NCBI GenBank assembly: GCA_963735805.1
Contig: CAVTMK010000004.1
Span: 672,001 to 736,000 of the forward strand
Direction: 5' to 3'
Length of the DNA stretch: 64,000 nucleotides
DNA from: an uncultured Verrucomicrobiae bacterium
GTDB lineage: Bacteria > Verrucomicrobiota > Verrucomicrobiia > Chthoniobacterales > UBA10450
Below the pieces are notes generated by a model that was not told the DNA's origin, searched no databases, and saw nothing but the letters and a program-made list of their open reading frames with translations. Of the stretch, positions 25,818 through 34,919 are shown in pieces. The position numbers were made by a program, and so were the translations under genes. Numbering within the stretch: position 1 is the first letter of the stretch; each line of letters begins with the position of its first letter.

Positions 25818-27452
25818 TTAGCGTGGCGGAATCGGACGCGACTGTGGGGTTGGGCGAAACCTTGGTGTTGGACTAGGTCTCGGAGTGGGCGTTGGAGTTG
25901 GCGTTACTTCCGGCAGCGTAAAAGCATAAACTCTATTGTCATTAGCGAGGTAAATACGCCCGTGGACGGCTATGCCTGTATTGAACCGGCGCGAACCATT
26001 CAGGAGTTCGTTTGGCCCACCACCTGCGTAAATAGGATTGCCCGTGTCACCATCGAATCCGTGCAATCGTTGGTCGCCGCCCACGTCCGCGCCTACTACC
26101 CAGACAACCACGTCATCGACGCCATCGGTAGACGTAACGAAGGGCGAAGCTCGACCGGGCTGGGCTACGCTCCAGGCATTGACGATACCGGGTGGATCAG
26201 TCGCAGTAATCCGAAACGCAGAGAGCGTTGTGCTATTGGCACGGAAAGCAACATAAGTCCCCTGTTTCGTCTGATAAGTGACTGCTGCCTGGATGATGCT
26301 GCCATTGGAGACGTGAGAGGAGGCTATTGGGACAGTGATACCGCCGAGGTTATCCCGGTTTAGTAAATATGCATTGCCATCCTTACCTAGCGCTACCACT
26401 AAATGGGAGGGCGTTGCGCCGGGGACGTCCACAAGTAATGGACCGCAACTACCAAGGTCCTTGTCCTGAGTATCAAGCGTTAGCCAATTGGGTGGTACCC
26501 AATAATCGCTGGGATCACCGCTAAAAATCGGCCCTGGCTGAAAGCGGATCACCGCTTCACCACCACCCCAGACTGGAGGATTGTAAGTGTTACCTGTAGT
26601 AACAAAGGGAGTCTTCCCATCGTTGGCGACCCCACCCACACCCCAAATTGCGCCGCCAATTGCATCGGTGGCCCAGGCTGTGGCATTTGTCGGATCATTT
26701 AGTGGCACTCCTATCAGCCAGCCATGGTAATCGCAATGATCGAGGAAGCTTCCATATGGGACGTAAAGGACGTTAGCAACGATGCCGAGGGCAGGTCGTT
26801 GAACTTGTATGGAGGGCGTAAAAATCGTTTCGTTGTAAACCGCGACCTCGCCCACATCCACAGGCCACCCAGGATTGATATCGCCTGTATCCACGTTCAA
26901 AGAGAAAATGAAATGTTTCTTGGTCATCCCGCCGTCTGGCGTGGTCATTGCGTTGAAAAAAAGCGCGCGTGAGGCAATATCGATAATCGGTGTACCGGTA
27001 ATACCGATGGGGTTAATATCACCCTGGCATGTAAGATCGTCTCGCGACACGGGATCTCCCATATTGCGTTCCCAGATAATGCCGCCATCAATGGCGTCTA
27101 ACGCATAGACGTTATTAGATTCGGTTACTGCAATAACCGTTGGCATGCCGCCCGGACCGTCGTCAATGTAAAGAGGCTGTGCCCAAACATTCCCGACAAT
27201 CGTGCCGTCAAAATTCAAGTCACGCATGAGATTGGCTGCAGCGCTCTGCGTGAAAGCCGAATCAACGTAAAGACCGTCGCGTGAATTGTGATTGTGAAAC
27301 TGAGTCACGTTTACCTGTACCGCGCCCGCAATGTTTCCCGCGACCAATGGCGTGGCGTTTGTCGAAGAAATCGGACTCAGAATAACAATGCACAATTCGG
27401 CAATAGCAAGCGTGCAAATGTAATACGATTGAAAAGTGCATTTCTTTTTCAC
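25818..27452 (-). CDS. Secreted PQQ-like beta-propeller protein, paralogue 1, (TP)n/RP tail
   Basis: Signal peptide; VTQFHN...RDGLY, AQPLY, VTESN.VYALDA..G..IW, GITGTPIID, QRPAL, YHGW, DLGS.GP, GKD...YL.NRDNLGG. Confidence 0.8.
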   Translation of the reverse strand: MKKKCTFQSYYICTLAIAELCIVILSPISSTNATPLVAGNIAGAVQVNVTQFHNHNSRDGLYVDSAFTQSAAANLMRDLNFDGTIVGNVWAQPLYIDDGPGGMPTVIAVTESNNVYALDAIDGGIIWERNMGDPVSRDDLTCQGDINPIGITGTPIIDIASRALFFNAMTTPDGGMTKKHFIFSLNVDTGDINPGWPVDVGEVAVYNETIFTPSIQVQRPALGIVANVLYVPYGSFLDHCDYHGWLIGVPLNDPTNATAWATDAIGGAIWGVGGVANDGKTPFVTTGNTYNPPVWGGGEAVIRFQPGPIFSGDPSDYWVPPNWLTLDTQDKDLGSCGPLLVDVPGATPSHLVVALGKDGNAYLLNRDNLGGITVPIASSHVSNGSIIQAAVTYQTKQGTYVAFRANSTTLSAFRITATDPPGIVNAWSVAQPGRASPFVTSTDGVDDVVVWVVGADVGGDQRLHGFDGDTGNPIYAGGGPNELLNGSRRFNTGIAVHGRIYLANDNRVYAFTLPEVTPTPTPTPRPSPTPRFRPTPQSRPIPPR

Positions 27453-27477
27453 GTTCTTGAGTTTGGGATGAGAAAAC

Positions 27478-27507
27478 CTTTTACTCGAAGCGCATCAGCA
27501 GTGTCGA
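27478..27507 (-). promoter_or_regulatory. Putative sigma70-like promoter of paralogue 1
   Basis: TCGACA-N18-TAAAAG, conserved upstream of all four paralogues. Confidence 0.55.
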
Positions 27508-27587
27508 GGATTTTTCCGCACGCGATACCTTGCGTGCACTCGGTGGTCGCGCCCTAGACATCACCAATCACCCATCCCGATCTTTTT

Positions 27588-29210
27588 TTACCGCGGTGTT
27601 GGTCGAGGTGCCGGGGACGGGCGGGGTCTCGGTGACGGGGTAGGTCTTGGAGTCGGTGACGGTGTTGGTGTGGGCGTAGGCACGGCAAAGGCATACACTT
27701 TGTTATCACCGGCGACATAGATGTGACTGCGCGCGGCAATGCCGGTTGTGGTGTAATTGTGCGTTCCCGCCATCATTTCGTTCGGACCACCGCCGCCGTA
27801 AACGACCTCACCGGTATTTCCATCATAACCGTGCAGCCGCTGATCACCGCTGGCGCCAACAACCCAGACAATCATGCTATTGTTGCCGTCCGTGGAGGTG
27901 ACGAAAGGCGATCCGCAGCCGTAGGTCTCTCTGTTCACACTCCAAGCATTGGCGATGGTCGGCGGGGTAGTTGCAGTGATACGGAAAACTGTGATCGCCG
28001 TAGTTCCGGATAACGAGAGACCTGCGCGGAAAGCGACAAAGGTACCCTCCTCGGTCTGATAGATCGCCGCTGCCTGGTGAATGGTACTATTGGCAACCTG
28101 AGCTGACGCCAGAGGCGCGCTGATACCTCCAAGGTTATCGCGATTAACAAGATATGCGTTGTTATCTTTACCCAGTGTTACAACCAAATGTGAAGGAATT
28201 GCACCGGGCACATCTACCAGTAAGGGACCGGAGCCACCCAAGTCCTTGTCCTGATTATCCAGGGTCAACCAATTAAGCGGCGCCCAATAATCGCTGGGGT
28301 CGCCGGTAAAAATGGGACCGGGCTGGAAGCGAATAACCGCTTCGCCACCGCCCCAATTGCCGTTAGTATTGACAGTGTTACCAGTGGTAACGAAGGGATT
28401 CTTCCCGTCACTGGCGACACCTCCTACTCCCCATATGCCACCACTGATAGCATCTGTGGCCCACGCTGTGGCGTTACTCGGATTGTTGATTGGTACTCCG
28501 ATCAGCCAGCCATGATAAACGCCACAATCCAACAAACTGCCATAAGGGACGTAAAGGATGTTATTCACGATACCGAGTGCAGGGCGTTGAGCCTGTATGG
28601 ATGGTGTAAAAGTAATGCCGTTATAAACCGCCACTTCGCCCACGTCCACGGGCCAGCCCGGATTGATGTCGCCCGTGTCCACATTGAGAGAGAAGATGAG
28701 ATGTCTCTTGGTTGTGCCACCGTCGGGCGTGGTCATTGCATTGAAAAAAAGCGCGCGAGAAGCGAGATCGACAATCGGCGTGCCGGTAATACCAAAGGGA
28801 TTAATATTGACGTTGCACGTGAGATCGTCTGCCGAGACGGGATCGCCGAAATTGCGTTGCCAAATAACACTCCCATCCAGAGCGTCCAACGCATACGCAT
28901 TATTAGACTCGGTCACAACAATGATCATTGATCTGCCATCCGGACCATCCTCGATGTAAAGCGGCTGCGCGTAAACGTTGCCCGCAATTGTGCCGTCAAA
29001 ACTTAGGTCACGCGCGAGATTAGTTGCGGCGGTCTGTGTGAAAGCCGGATCAACATAAAGACCATCCCGCGAAGGATTGTTGTGAAACTGGGTCACGTTC
29101 ACTTGCGTCGCGCCTGCAACGCTCCGGGTAGCGAATGAGGGCAGAGCGTTTGCCGGAGCAGCTGCGCTAAAAAAGTAAACAGCTGAGAAAATTGAAAATA
29201 AAGGCTTCAT
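27588..29210 (-). CDS. Secreted PQQ-like beta-propeller protein, paralogue 2
   Basis: Same motif set as paralogue 1; tail PTPTPTPSPTPRPTPSPRPRPSPAPRPTPR. Confidence 0.8.
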   Translation of the reverse strand: MKPLFSIFSAVYFFSAAAPANALPSFATRSVAGATQVNVTQFHNNPSRDGLYVDPAFTQTAATNLARDLSFDGTIAGNVYAQPLYIEDGPDGRSMIIVVTESNNAYALDALDGSVIWQRNFGDPVSADDLTCNVNINPFGITGTPIVDLASRALFFNAMTTPDGGTTKRHLIFSLNVDTGDINPGWPVDVGEVAVYNGITFTPSIQAQRPALGIVNNILYVPYGSLLDCGVYHGWLIGVPINNPSNATAWATDAISGGIWGVGGVASDGKNPFVTTGNTVNTNGNWGGGEAVIRFQPGPIFTGDPSDYWAPLNWLTLDNQDKDLGGSGPLLVDVPGAIPSHLVVTLGKDNNAYLVNRDNLGGISAPLASAQVANSTIHQAAAIYQTEEGTFVAFRAGLSLSGTTAITVFRITATTPPTIANAWSVNRETYGCGSPFVTSTDGNNSMIVWVVGASGDQRLHGYDGNTGEVVYGGGGPNEMMAGTHNYTTTGIAARSHIYVAGDNKVYAFAVPTPTPTPSPTPRPTPSPRPRPSPAPRPTPR

Positions 29211-29247
29211 ACGTGAGTGCCTAGTAATTGCCTTAGCGTTGACATCG

Positions 29248-29277
29248 CTTTTACTCGAGGCACGTCAAAGGTGTCGA
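29248..29277 (-). promoter_or_regulatory. Putative sigma70-like promoter of paralogue 2
   Basis: TCGACA-N18-TAAAAG. Confidence 0.55.
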
Positions 29278-29373
29278 GGGAATTTCTCCCGCGCTGTTTG
29301 GCTTAAGCACCACCCGGTTCGATTTAGGTCACCGCGAGCTTGATGGGCTACGGATCGCTAATTGCGATTTCTT

Positions 29374-31038
29374 TCAGCGCGGTGTTGGCCGGGGCGGTGG
29401 CGTCGGACGACGTTGCGGCACAGGGCGGGATCTTGGCGTTGGGCTTGGCCGCGGTGTAGATGTCGGAGTAGCCGTTGGTGTAGGTGTAGGTGTAGGTGTA
29501 GGTGTGGGGGTGGGGGTGGATGCTGGCGCAGTAAAAGCGTACACCTTGTTGTCTGCGGCGATGTAGATGCGCCCCCGAGCGACAATGCCCGTGGTACTAT
29601 ATGCATGGGTTCCTGGAATCAGTTCGTTCGGGCCGCCACCTGCATAAACAACCGCTCCGGTATCTCCGTCATAGCCATGTAATTGCTGGTCCCCTTCAAT
29701 TCCCCACCCGGCGGTACCCACTACCCATACGATTGAGTTGCTACTGCCGTCAGTGGTGGTAACGAAAGGCGAGCCGCAACCGCCATTGCTCCTTGTAGCG
29801 CTCCAAGCGTTGACAATCGTGGGCGGGTTTGTTGCCGTAATGCGAAAAGCCGAAAGCTTCTCCTTGCTTGACCTTAAAGCCACATAGGTGCTTTGCGTCG
29901 TTCGATAGGTCGCTGCTGCTTGAATGATGCTGTTACCAGGAGATACATCAGCTTGTCCCACAGGAACACTAATCCCCCCCAGATTATCGCGATTAAGTAA
30001 ATAGCCCTGAGTGTCCTTGCCAAGCGCGACCACCAGATGAGAAGGAGTTGCGCCTGGCACATCCACCAGCAACGGCCCGCAGCCGCCCAAATCGAAGTCC
30101 CAGGGAATGTCGAGGTCGCGCCAATTGAGGGGCGCCCAATAATCGCTAGGGTCGCCGCTAAAAATTGGACCAGGCTCGAAGCGAATTACCGCTTCACCAC
30201 CACCCCAATTGGGAGGATTGTAGGTGTTACCTGTGGTAACGAAGGGATTCTTCCCGTCGCTGGCGACGCCGCCTATTCCCCATATGGATCCGCCAATCGC
30301 ATCTGTCGCCCATGCCATTACCCCGTCCGGGTTGTTGATTGGCACTCCTACCAGCCAGCCATGATAAACGCAATGATCCAAGAAACTGCCATACGGCACG
30401 TAAAGAATGTTATCTACGAGCCCAAGTGCGGGCCGTTGAGCTTGTGTGGACGGTGTAAAAATCGTGCCGTCATAAATCGCGACTTCGCCCACGTCCACCG
30501 GCCAACCAGGATTGATCTCGCCGGTGTCCACGCTAAGGGAGAAGATAAAATGTTTCTTGGTCGAGCCGCCGTCGGGTGTGATCATTGCATTGAAAAAAAG
30601 CGCGCGTGAAGCGAGATCGATAATGGGTGTGCCGGTAATACCGTACGGACCAATGTTGCCGTGGCATGTGAGATCGTCTTCCAACACGGGGTCCCCCATG
30701 TTGCGCCGCCATATGACCGAGCCGTCGACGGCGTCGAGCGCGTACACGTTATTGGATTCGGTTACCGCAATGATCGTCGGCCTGCCGCCTGGGCCGTCGT
30801 CGATGTAGAGTGGCTGCGCTAAAACATCGCCGACGATCGTGCCGTCAAAGTTCAGGTCGCGCGTCAGATTGGCGGCTGTGCCCAGAGTAAAAGCAGAGTC
30901 AACATAAAGGCCATCCCGTGAGTCGTGATTGTGAAATTGCGTCACGTTTACTTGCGCGTTTGTGGCTGGAATTGCACTGAAGATGGCGACACACCATCCA
31001 GCAATCAAGAGCCAGTACGGAGATATTCGAGATTCCAT
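29374..31038 (-). CDS. Secreted PQQ-like beta-propeller protein, paralogue 3
   Basis: Same motif set; ATG 31038 preferred because the TTG at 31077 falls inside the promoter motif. Confidence 0.8.
   Translation of the reverse strand: MESRISPYWLLIAGWCVAIFSAIPATNAQVNVTQFHNHDSRDGLYVDSAFTLGTAANLTRDLNFDGTIVGDVLAQPLYIDDGPGGRPTIIAVTESNNVYALDAVDGSVIWRRNMGDPVLEDDLTCHGNIGPYGITGTPIIDLASRALFFNAMITPDGGSTKKHFIFSLSVDTGEINPGWPVDVGEVAIYDGTIFTPSTQAQRPALGLVDNILYVPYGSFLDHCVYHGWLVGVPINNPDGVMAWATDAIGGSIWGIGGVASDGKNPFVTTGNTYNPPNWGGGEAVIRFEPGPIFSGDPSDYWAPLNWRDLDIPWDFDLGGCGPLLVDVPGATPSHLVVALGKDTQGYLLNRDNLGGISVPVGQADVSPGNSIIQAAATYRTTQSTYVALRSSKEKLSAFRITATNPPTIVNAWSATRSNGGCGSPFVTTTDGSSNSIVWVVGTAGWGIEGDQQLHGYDGDTGAVVYAGGGPNELIPGTHAYSTTGIVARGRIYIAADNKVYAFTAPASTPTPTPTPTPTPTPTATPTSTPRPSPTPRSRPVPQRRPTPPPRPTPR
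29475..29520. repeat. GTAGGT hexamer tandem repeat encoding (TP)n
   Basis: Visible tandem gtaggt units. Confidence 0.8.
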
Positions 31039-31066
31039 CGGCGAGACGCGATTTTGTGGAGTCTCC

Positions 31067-31096
31067 CTTTTAGCCAATAAGCTGCCCCAGTGTCAA
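31067..31096 (-). promoter_or_regulatory. Putative sigma70-like promoter of paralogue 3
   Basis: TTGACA-N18-TAAAAG. Confidence 0.6.
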
Positions 31097-31285
31097 GCCT
31101 CGCTGCGGAATGAGATCTATGCGCCTGCGGATCGTCTGCCTACGCAAAGCCTCGGCGCGACAGGTACGAATTAACGCCAATCAAGAAATGAATAGGCTTT
31201 CCATGACAGATTAGTGAGATGCCTCGCTGTCAAAGAATCTTGGTCACTCACTGATCAACGATTATCGATCGATCACTATTTCTTT

Positions 31286-33034
31286 TCAGTGCGGTGTTGG
31301 GCGAGGCCGCGGAACAGGTTGGGGTCTCGGTGTTGGGCGAGGTCTCGGAGTTGGAGTAACCGTAGGTGTGGGTGTAGGTATAGGTGTAGAAGTCGGCGTG
31401 GGTGTAGGTGTGGGTATCGGTGTAGGAGTTGGCGTGGATGTAGGTGTAGGTGTAGGTGTAGGTGTAGGCGACGATACCGGCACTTCAAAAGCATAGACTT
31501 TATTATCGCCAGCTACATAAATATGTCCCCGGGCTGCAATGCCAGTAGTGCTATAGAAATGCGTTCCTGCCATCAGTTCATCCGGGCCGCCTCCACCGTA
31601 AACAATTGCACCGGTACCTCCATCGTAACCATGTAATCGCTGGTCGCCCCCGGTTTGATGATCCTCAGTACCGACGACCCAGACAATCATGTTATCGGTG
31701 CCATTGGTCGAGGTTACGAAGGGCGAGCCGCAACCGCCGCTGGATCGGGGCACATTCCAACCGCCGGCAATATCGATACTCGGCGGATTGGCGGCAGTAA
31801 TGCGGAAAGCGGACAGCACAGTGTTGCCATCGTTGTTGGCGCGGAGCGCGACAAAGGTGCCCTGTTCGGTTCCGTAGGTGACGGCTGCCTGGAGAATAGT
31901 GCTGGTGGCAACCTGAGCTGATGCCAAAGGCAGACTGATCCCGCCAAGATTGTCGCGATTAAGTAGATATGCCTTGCGATCCTTACCCAAGGCAACGACC
32001 AGATGGGAAGGCGTCGCACCTGGTACATCCACTAGCAGTGCGCCGGAGCCGCCAAGGTCCGCATCAGAATTGTCGAGATCGAGCCAGTTTGTGGGCGCCC
32101 AGTAATCCGCGGGGTCTCCGCTAAAGATTGGGCCGGGCTGGAAGCGGATCACGGCTTCGCCACTGGCCCAGTTACCATTAGTGCCAAAGGTGTTACCAGT
32201 AGTAACGAATGGGTTCTTTCCGTCGCTGGCGACGCCGCCTGTGCCCCATATCGCTCCGCCATGAGTGCCGGGGCCGGTGGCCGCGGCCCACGCTGTTACG
32301 TTCGCTGGGTTATCTATCGGCACTCCCACCAGCCAGCCATGATAAGGGTTGCAATCCATCATGCTACCATAGCCAACATAAAGAATGTTGCCTACGATGC
32401 CGAGGGCCGGCCGTTGCTGTTGGATCTCTGGAGTAAAGTTGATCCCATTGTACGAAGCTGTCATCTCCACGTCCACCGGCCACCCCGGATTGATGTCGCC
32501 CGTGTCTACGTTAAGCGAGAAGATAAAATGTTTGATGGTCACTCCGCCGTCCGGTGTGATCATTGCGTCCAAAAACAGTGCGCGTGAAGCAAGATCGACA
32601 ATGGGCGTGCCAATAATACCCATGGGATCGAACTTCGTGCAGACGAGATCGTTTGCCGATACCGGTTCGCCCACGTTCCGCTCCCAGACAACGGTGCCGT
32701 CGAGGGCGTCGAGTGCGTACACATTATCCGACTCGGTGACGGCAATGATCGTCCGTCTCCCGTCAGGACCGTTATCCAGGTAAAGTGGCTGCGCGTAGAC
32801 ATTGCCGACGATTGTGCCATCAAAGTTCAGGTCCCGCGTCAGATTGACCGCCGCGCTTTGCGTAAAAGTGGGGTCAACGTAAAGACCGTCTCGCGAAGCG
32901 TGATTGTGAAACTGAGTCACGTTCACCTGCGCCGCGTCTGTAACGCTTCGCGTAGCGAACGTGGGCGTGGCGTTTGTCGGAGTAACTGCGCTAAAAAAAT
33001 AAACAGCTGAGAAAATTGAAAAGAGAGGCTTCAT
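31286..33034 (-). CDS. Secreted PQQ-like beta-propeller protein, paralogue 4
   Basis: Same motif set; N-terminus [16 protein letters not shown] identical to paralogue 2; longest (TP)n tail. Confidence 0.8.
   Translation of the reverse strand: MKPLFSIFSAVYFFSAVTPTNATPTFATRSVTDAAQVNVTQFHNHASRDGLYVDPTFTQSAAVNLTRDLNFDGTIVGNVYAQPLYLDNGPDGRRTIIAVTESDNVYALDALDGTVVWERNVGEPVSANDLVCTKFDPMGIIGTPIVDLASRALFLDAMITPDGGVTIKHFIFSLNVDTGDINPGWPVDVEMTASYNGINFTPEIQQQRPALGIVGNILYVGYGSMMDCNPYHGWLVGVPIDNPANVTAWAAATGPGTHGGAIWGTGGVASDGKNPFVTTGNTFGTNGNWASGEAVIRFQPGPIFSGDPADYWAPTNWLDLDNSDADLGGSGALLVDVPGATPSHLVVALGKDRKAYLLNRDNLGGISLPLASAQVATSTILQAAVTYGTEQGTFVALRANNDGNTVLSAFRITAANPPSIDIAGGWNVPRSSGGCGSPFVTSTNGTDNMIVWVVGTEDHQTGGDQRLHGYDGGTGAIVYGGGGPDELMAGTHFYSTTGIAARGHIYVAGDNKVYAFEVPVSSPTPTPTPTPTSTPTPTPIPTPTPTPTSTPIPTPTPTVTPTPRPRPTPRPQPVPRPRPTPH
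31360..31470. repeat. GTAGGT hexamer tandem repeat encoding (TP)n
   Basis: Visible tandem gtaggt/gtgggt units. Confidence 0.8.
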
Positions 33035-33063
33035 ACGAGAGCGTTTCCTAATTCCGCGTGGCC

Positions 33064-33094
33064 CTTTTACCATGCCGCACCGCCTTCGTGTCAA
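33064..33094 (-). promoter_or_regulatory. Putative sigma70-like promoter of paralogue 4
   Basis: TTGACA-N19-TAAAAG. Confidence 0.5.
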
Positions 33095-33148
33095 GCCCGA
33101 TGGCCAATCGCTGATCACCGATGAAGAATGACACTGATCAGATGTCTT

Positions 33149-33330
33149 TCATCGCGGTGTTGGCCGAGGCGGCGGTCTGGGGCGAAGCCTTGGCATTGGA
33201 ATAGGTCCTGGGGTCACTGTTGGAGTTAGGAGTTACTGTTGGCGTCACGGTAAAGACTCAAAGTCGGTATTGGCGTGGGAGTAGGTGTCACTTGCGTGCC
33301 GGTCTGCACCTCAAATGAGCCGATGTCGAT
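33149..33330 (-). pseudogene. 3' remnant of an unrelated exported protein (choice-of-anchor-Q-like end) with the same TP/RP tail
   Basis: Manual translation [23 protein letters not shown], frameshifts, then VTPGPIPMPRLRPRPPPRPTPR*; no upstream body or start. Confidence 0.65.
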
Positions 33331-33399
33331 TGAGATGACGAATGAACACGAAGAAATGCCAAAAGCCCGGAATTTCGTTTCACCGCGAGTTGCTGCATC

Positions 33400-34818
33400 T
33401 CACTTCCATTTCTCATAAGAATGCCGGCCTAACAGCTTTTCCCAGGCAGCTCTTGTCTTTGGGGGTACATTTAGATCGGCATCGACCAGCCAGGAAATAG
33501 TTGCGATCGAGTTTATTAAGATCGAGAGAACAACTAGCCCAATTATCACATGACGGCGCCAAACCACCGCAATGCTGCTTGAGCCTAGAAACATAACAAG
33601 GCAGACGATCAGGAAGGGATAAAGATCAGCGGCGTAACGTTGGGCTAGCAGGAAATACGAAAGGATACAGAGAAATTGCACAAAGAGAGCCGCGGTAACG
33701 CCCCACTCAAACAGATCGACTTCTTTACGTCGAACGAGACAAACGATTCCCATAAGCGCGGTAAAAACAAGCCAACTCGATGACCACAGGAGAGAAAGAT
33801 ATGCCTCGCTGTGAGGGTTGGAAAAGAGAGAAGGATAATTATAGGAATGACGGCTTGCGTTGATGAAAGGCGGCTGACGATCGAGACCTGGGAAGCGCAA
33901 GCTAAAGTAGTCAGCGAAGCTGTGGGGAATACGACGCGGGCTCAAAACTCCGTATTTATGCGCGAATTCGCTGTGAATGAGGTTGACATAATAATCGAAG
34001 TTTACTCCGGTGAAGCTGCCGAATCTTGCGTAGCTTAGCCAAACGTAAAAGACGAGAGCAGCGCCCAGCGGCAGAAGAAGGACGAAAAAATTAGTTATCC
34101 GATTGTCTCGCGGAATTCGCATGGCAAGAAGTGGGGCAATCAGGACGAAAGGCATGCCGAAAGTGACTCGGGAAAGTAGAGCTCCGGCGGCACATAGCGA
34201 GAACCAGAGCAGTGAACGCGTCAAAGCAGCGCCATCAGCTTGTCGTGAGCGCAAAGCGAAGTGGAGCGCAGCCAGCGACCAGGCTAAACCCCAGATGATC
34301 GCCTCATCGTAAATAGAAAGATTTCCAAGCAGTAAAAGAAGCGGCGAGCCGAGTGCAAACCCGGCGAGGCATGCATTTCCCAGCCGGTTGTGCGCTGCAA
34401 AGGAAAGCGGGGAGCAGCGCAAGGCTGTGCGCACAAGCCCCGCAAATGCAAACAGCGCAATAGCGCCAGCACAAAATCCCGAAATTCGGGACCACTTTCC
34501 ATGACCTGCCGGGTAGATGAAATTCAATGGAATTCGAAGAAACGCGGGGAACGGCCCGAAGTACATGCGGACATGATCGTTTACGATCATTGCTTCATGG
34601 CTGATTGCCTGCGCATCCACGTCCACATCGCCTCGCAGGAAATGTTCCGCCTGAGAGTCGTAGGCGTCGCCGAGAACTTCCCTAACAAAAACCTGTCGTC
34701 CACCAGTCGTGGTGTAGAACCAAAGAAGAACGCTCAGTACGAAGAGGAGTGGCGCAAATCGAGGAACTGCAGAAGGTTCTTTTTCGGGTGGCCCTGGGAC
34801 GTCTGGAATACTTGTCAC
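33400..34818 (-). CDS. Polytopic membrane protein, GT-C-like
   Basis: About 11 TM helices; YFGPFPA, IYDEAI, Y.RFGS, QRY..D motifs, related to 24315-25598. Confidence 0.7.
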   Translation of the reverse strand: MTSIPDVPGPPEKEPSAVPRFAPLLFVLSVLLWFYTTTGGRQVFVREVLGDAYDSQAEHFLRGDVDVDAQAISHEAMIVNDHVRMYFGPFPAFLRIPLNFIYPAGHGKWSRISGFCAGAIALFAFAGLVRTALRCSPLSFAAHNRLGNACLAGFALGSPLLLLLGNLSIYDEAIIWGLAWSLAALHFALRSRQADGAALTRSLLWFSLCAAGALLSRVTFGMPFVLIAPLLAMRIPRDNRITNFFVLLLPLGAALVFYVWLSYARFGSFTGVNFDYYVNLIHSEFAHKYGVLSPRRIPHSFADYFSLRFPGLDRQPPFINASRHSYNYPSLFSNPHSEAYLSLLWSSSWLVFTALMGIVCLVRRKEVDLFEWGVTAALFVQFLCILSYFLLAQRYAADLYPFLIVCLVMFLGSSSIAVVWRRHVIIGLVVLSILINSIATISWLVDADLNVPPKTRAAWEKLLGRHSYEKWK

Positions 34819-34919
34819 GGCGCATCTGTCCTTTGGTGCCTCACACGGATATAGGTGGTGTTATTCCATGAAGAAGATCCCCGATCGCAATTTCGCACGT
34901 GTAGGTTTCATTCAGAAAC

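Noticed and set aside
29475..31470. CRISPR array or phase-variable repeat
   Set aside because: These are in-frame hexamers encoding Thr-Pro linkers, with no spacers or cas genes
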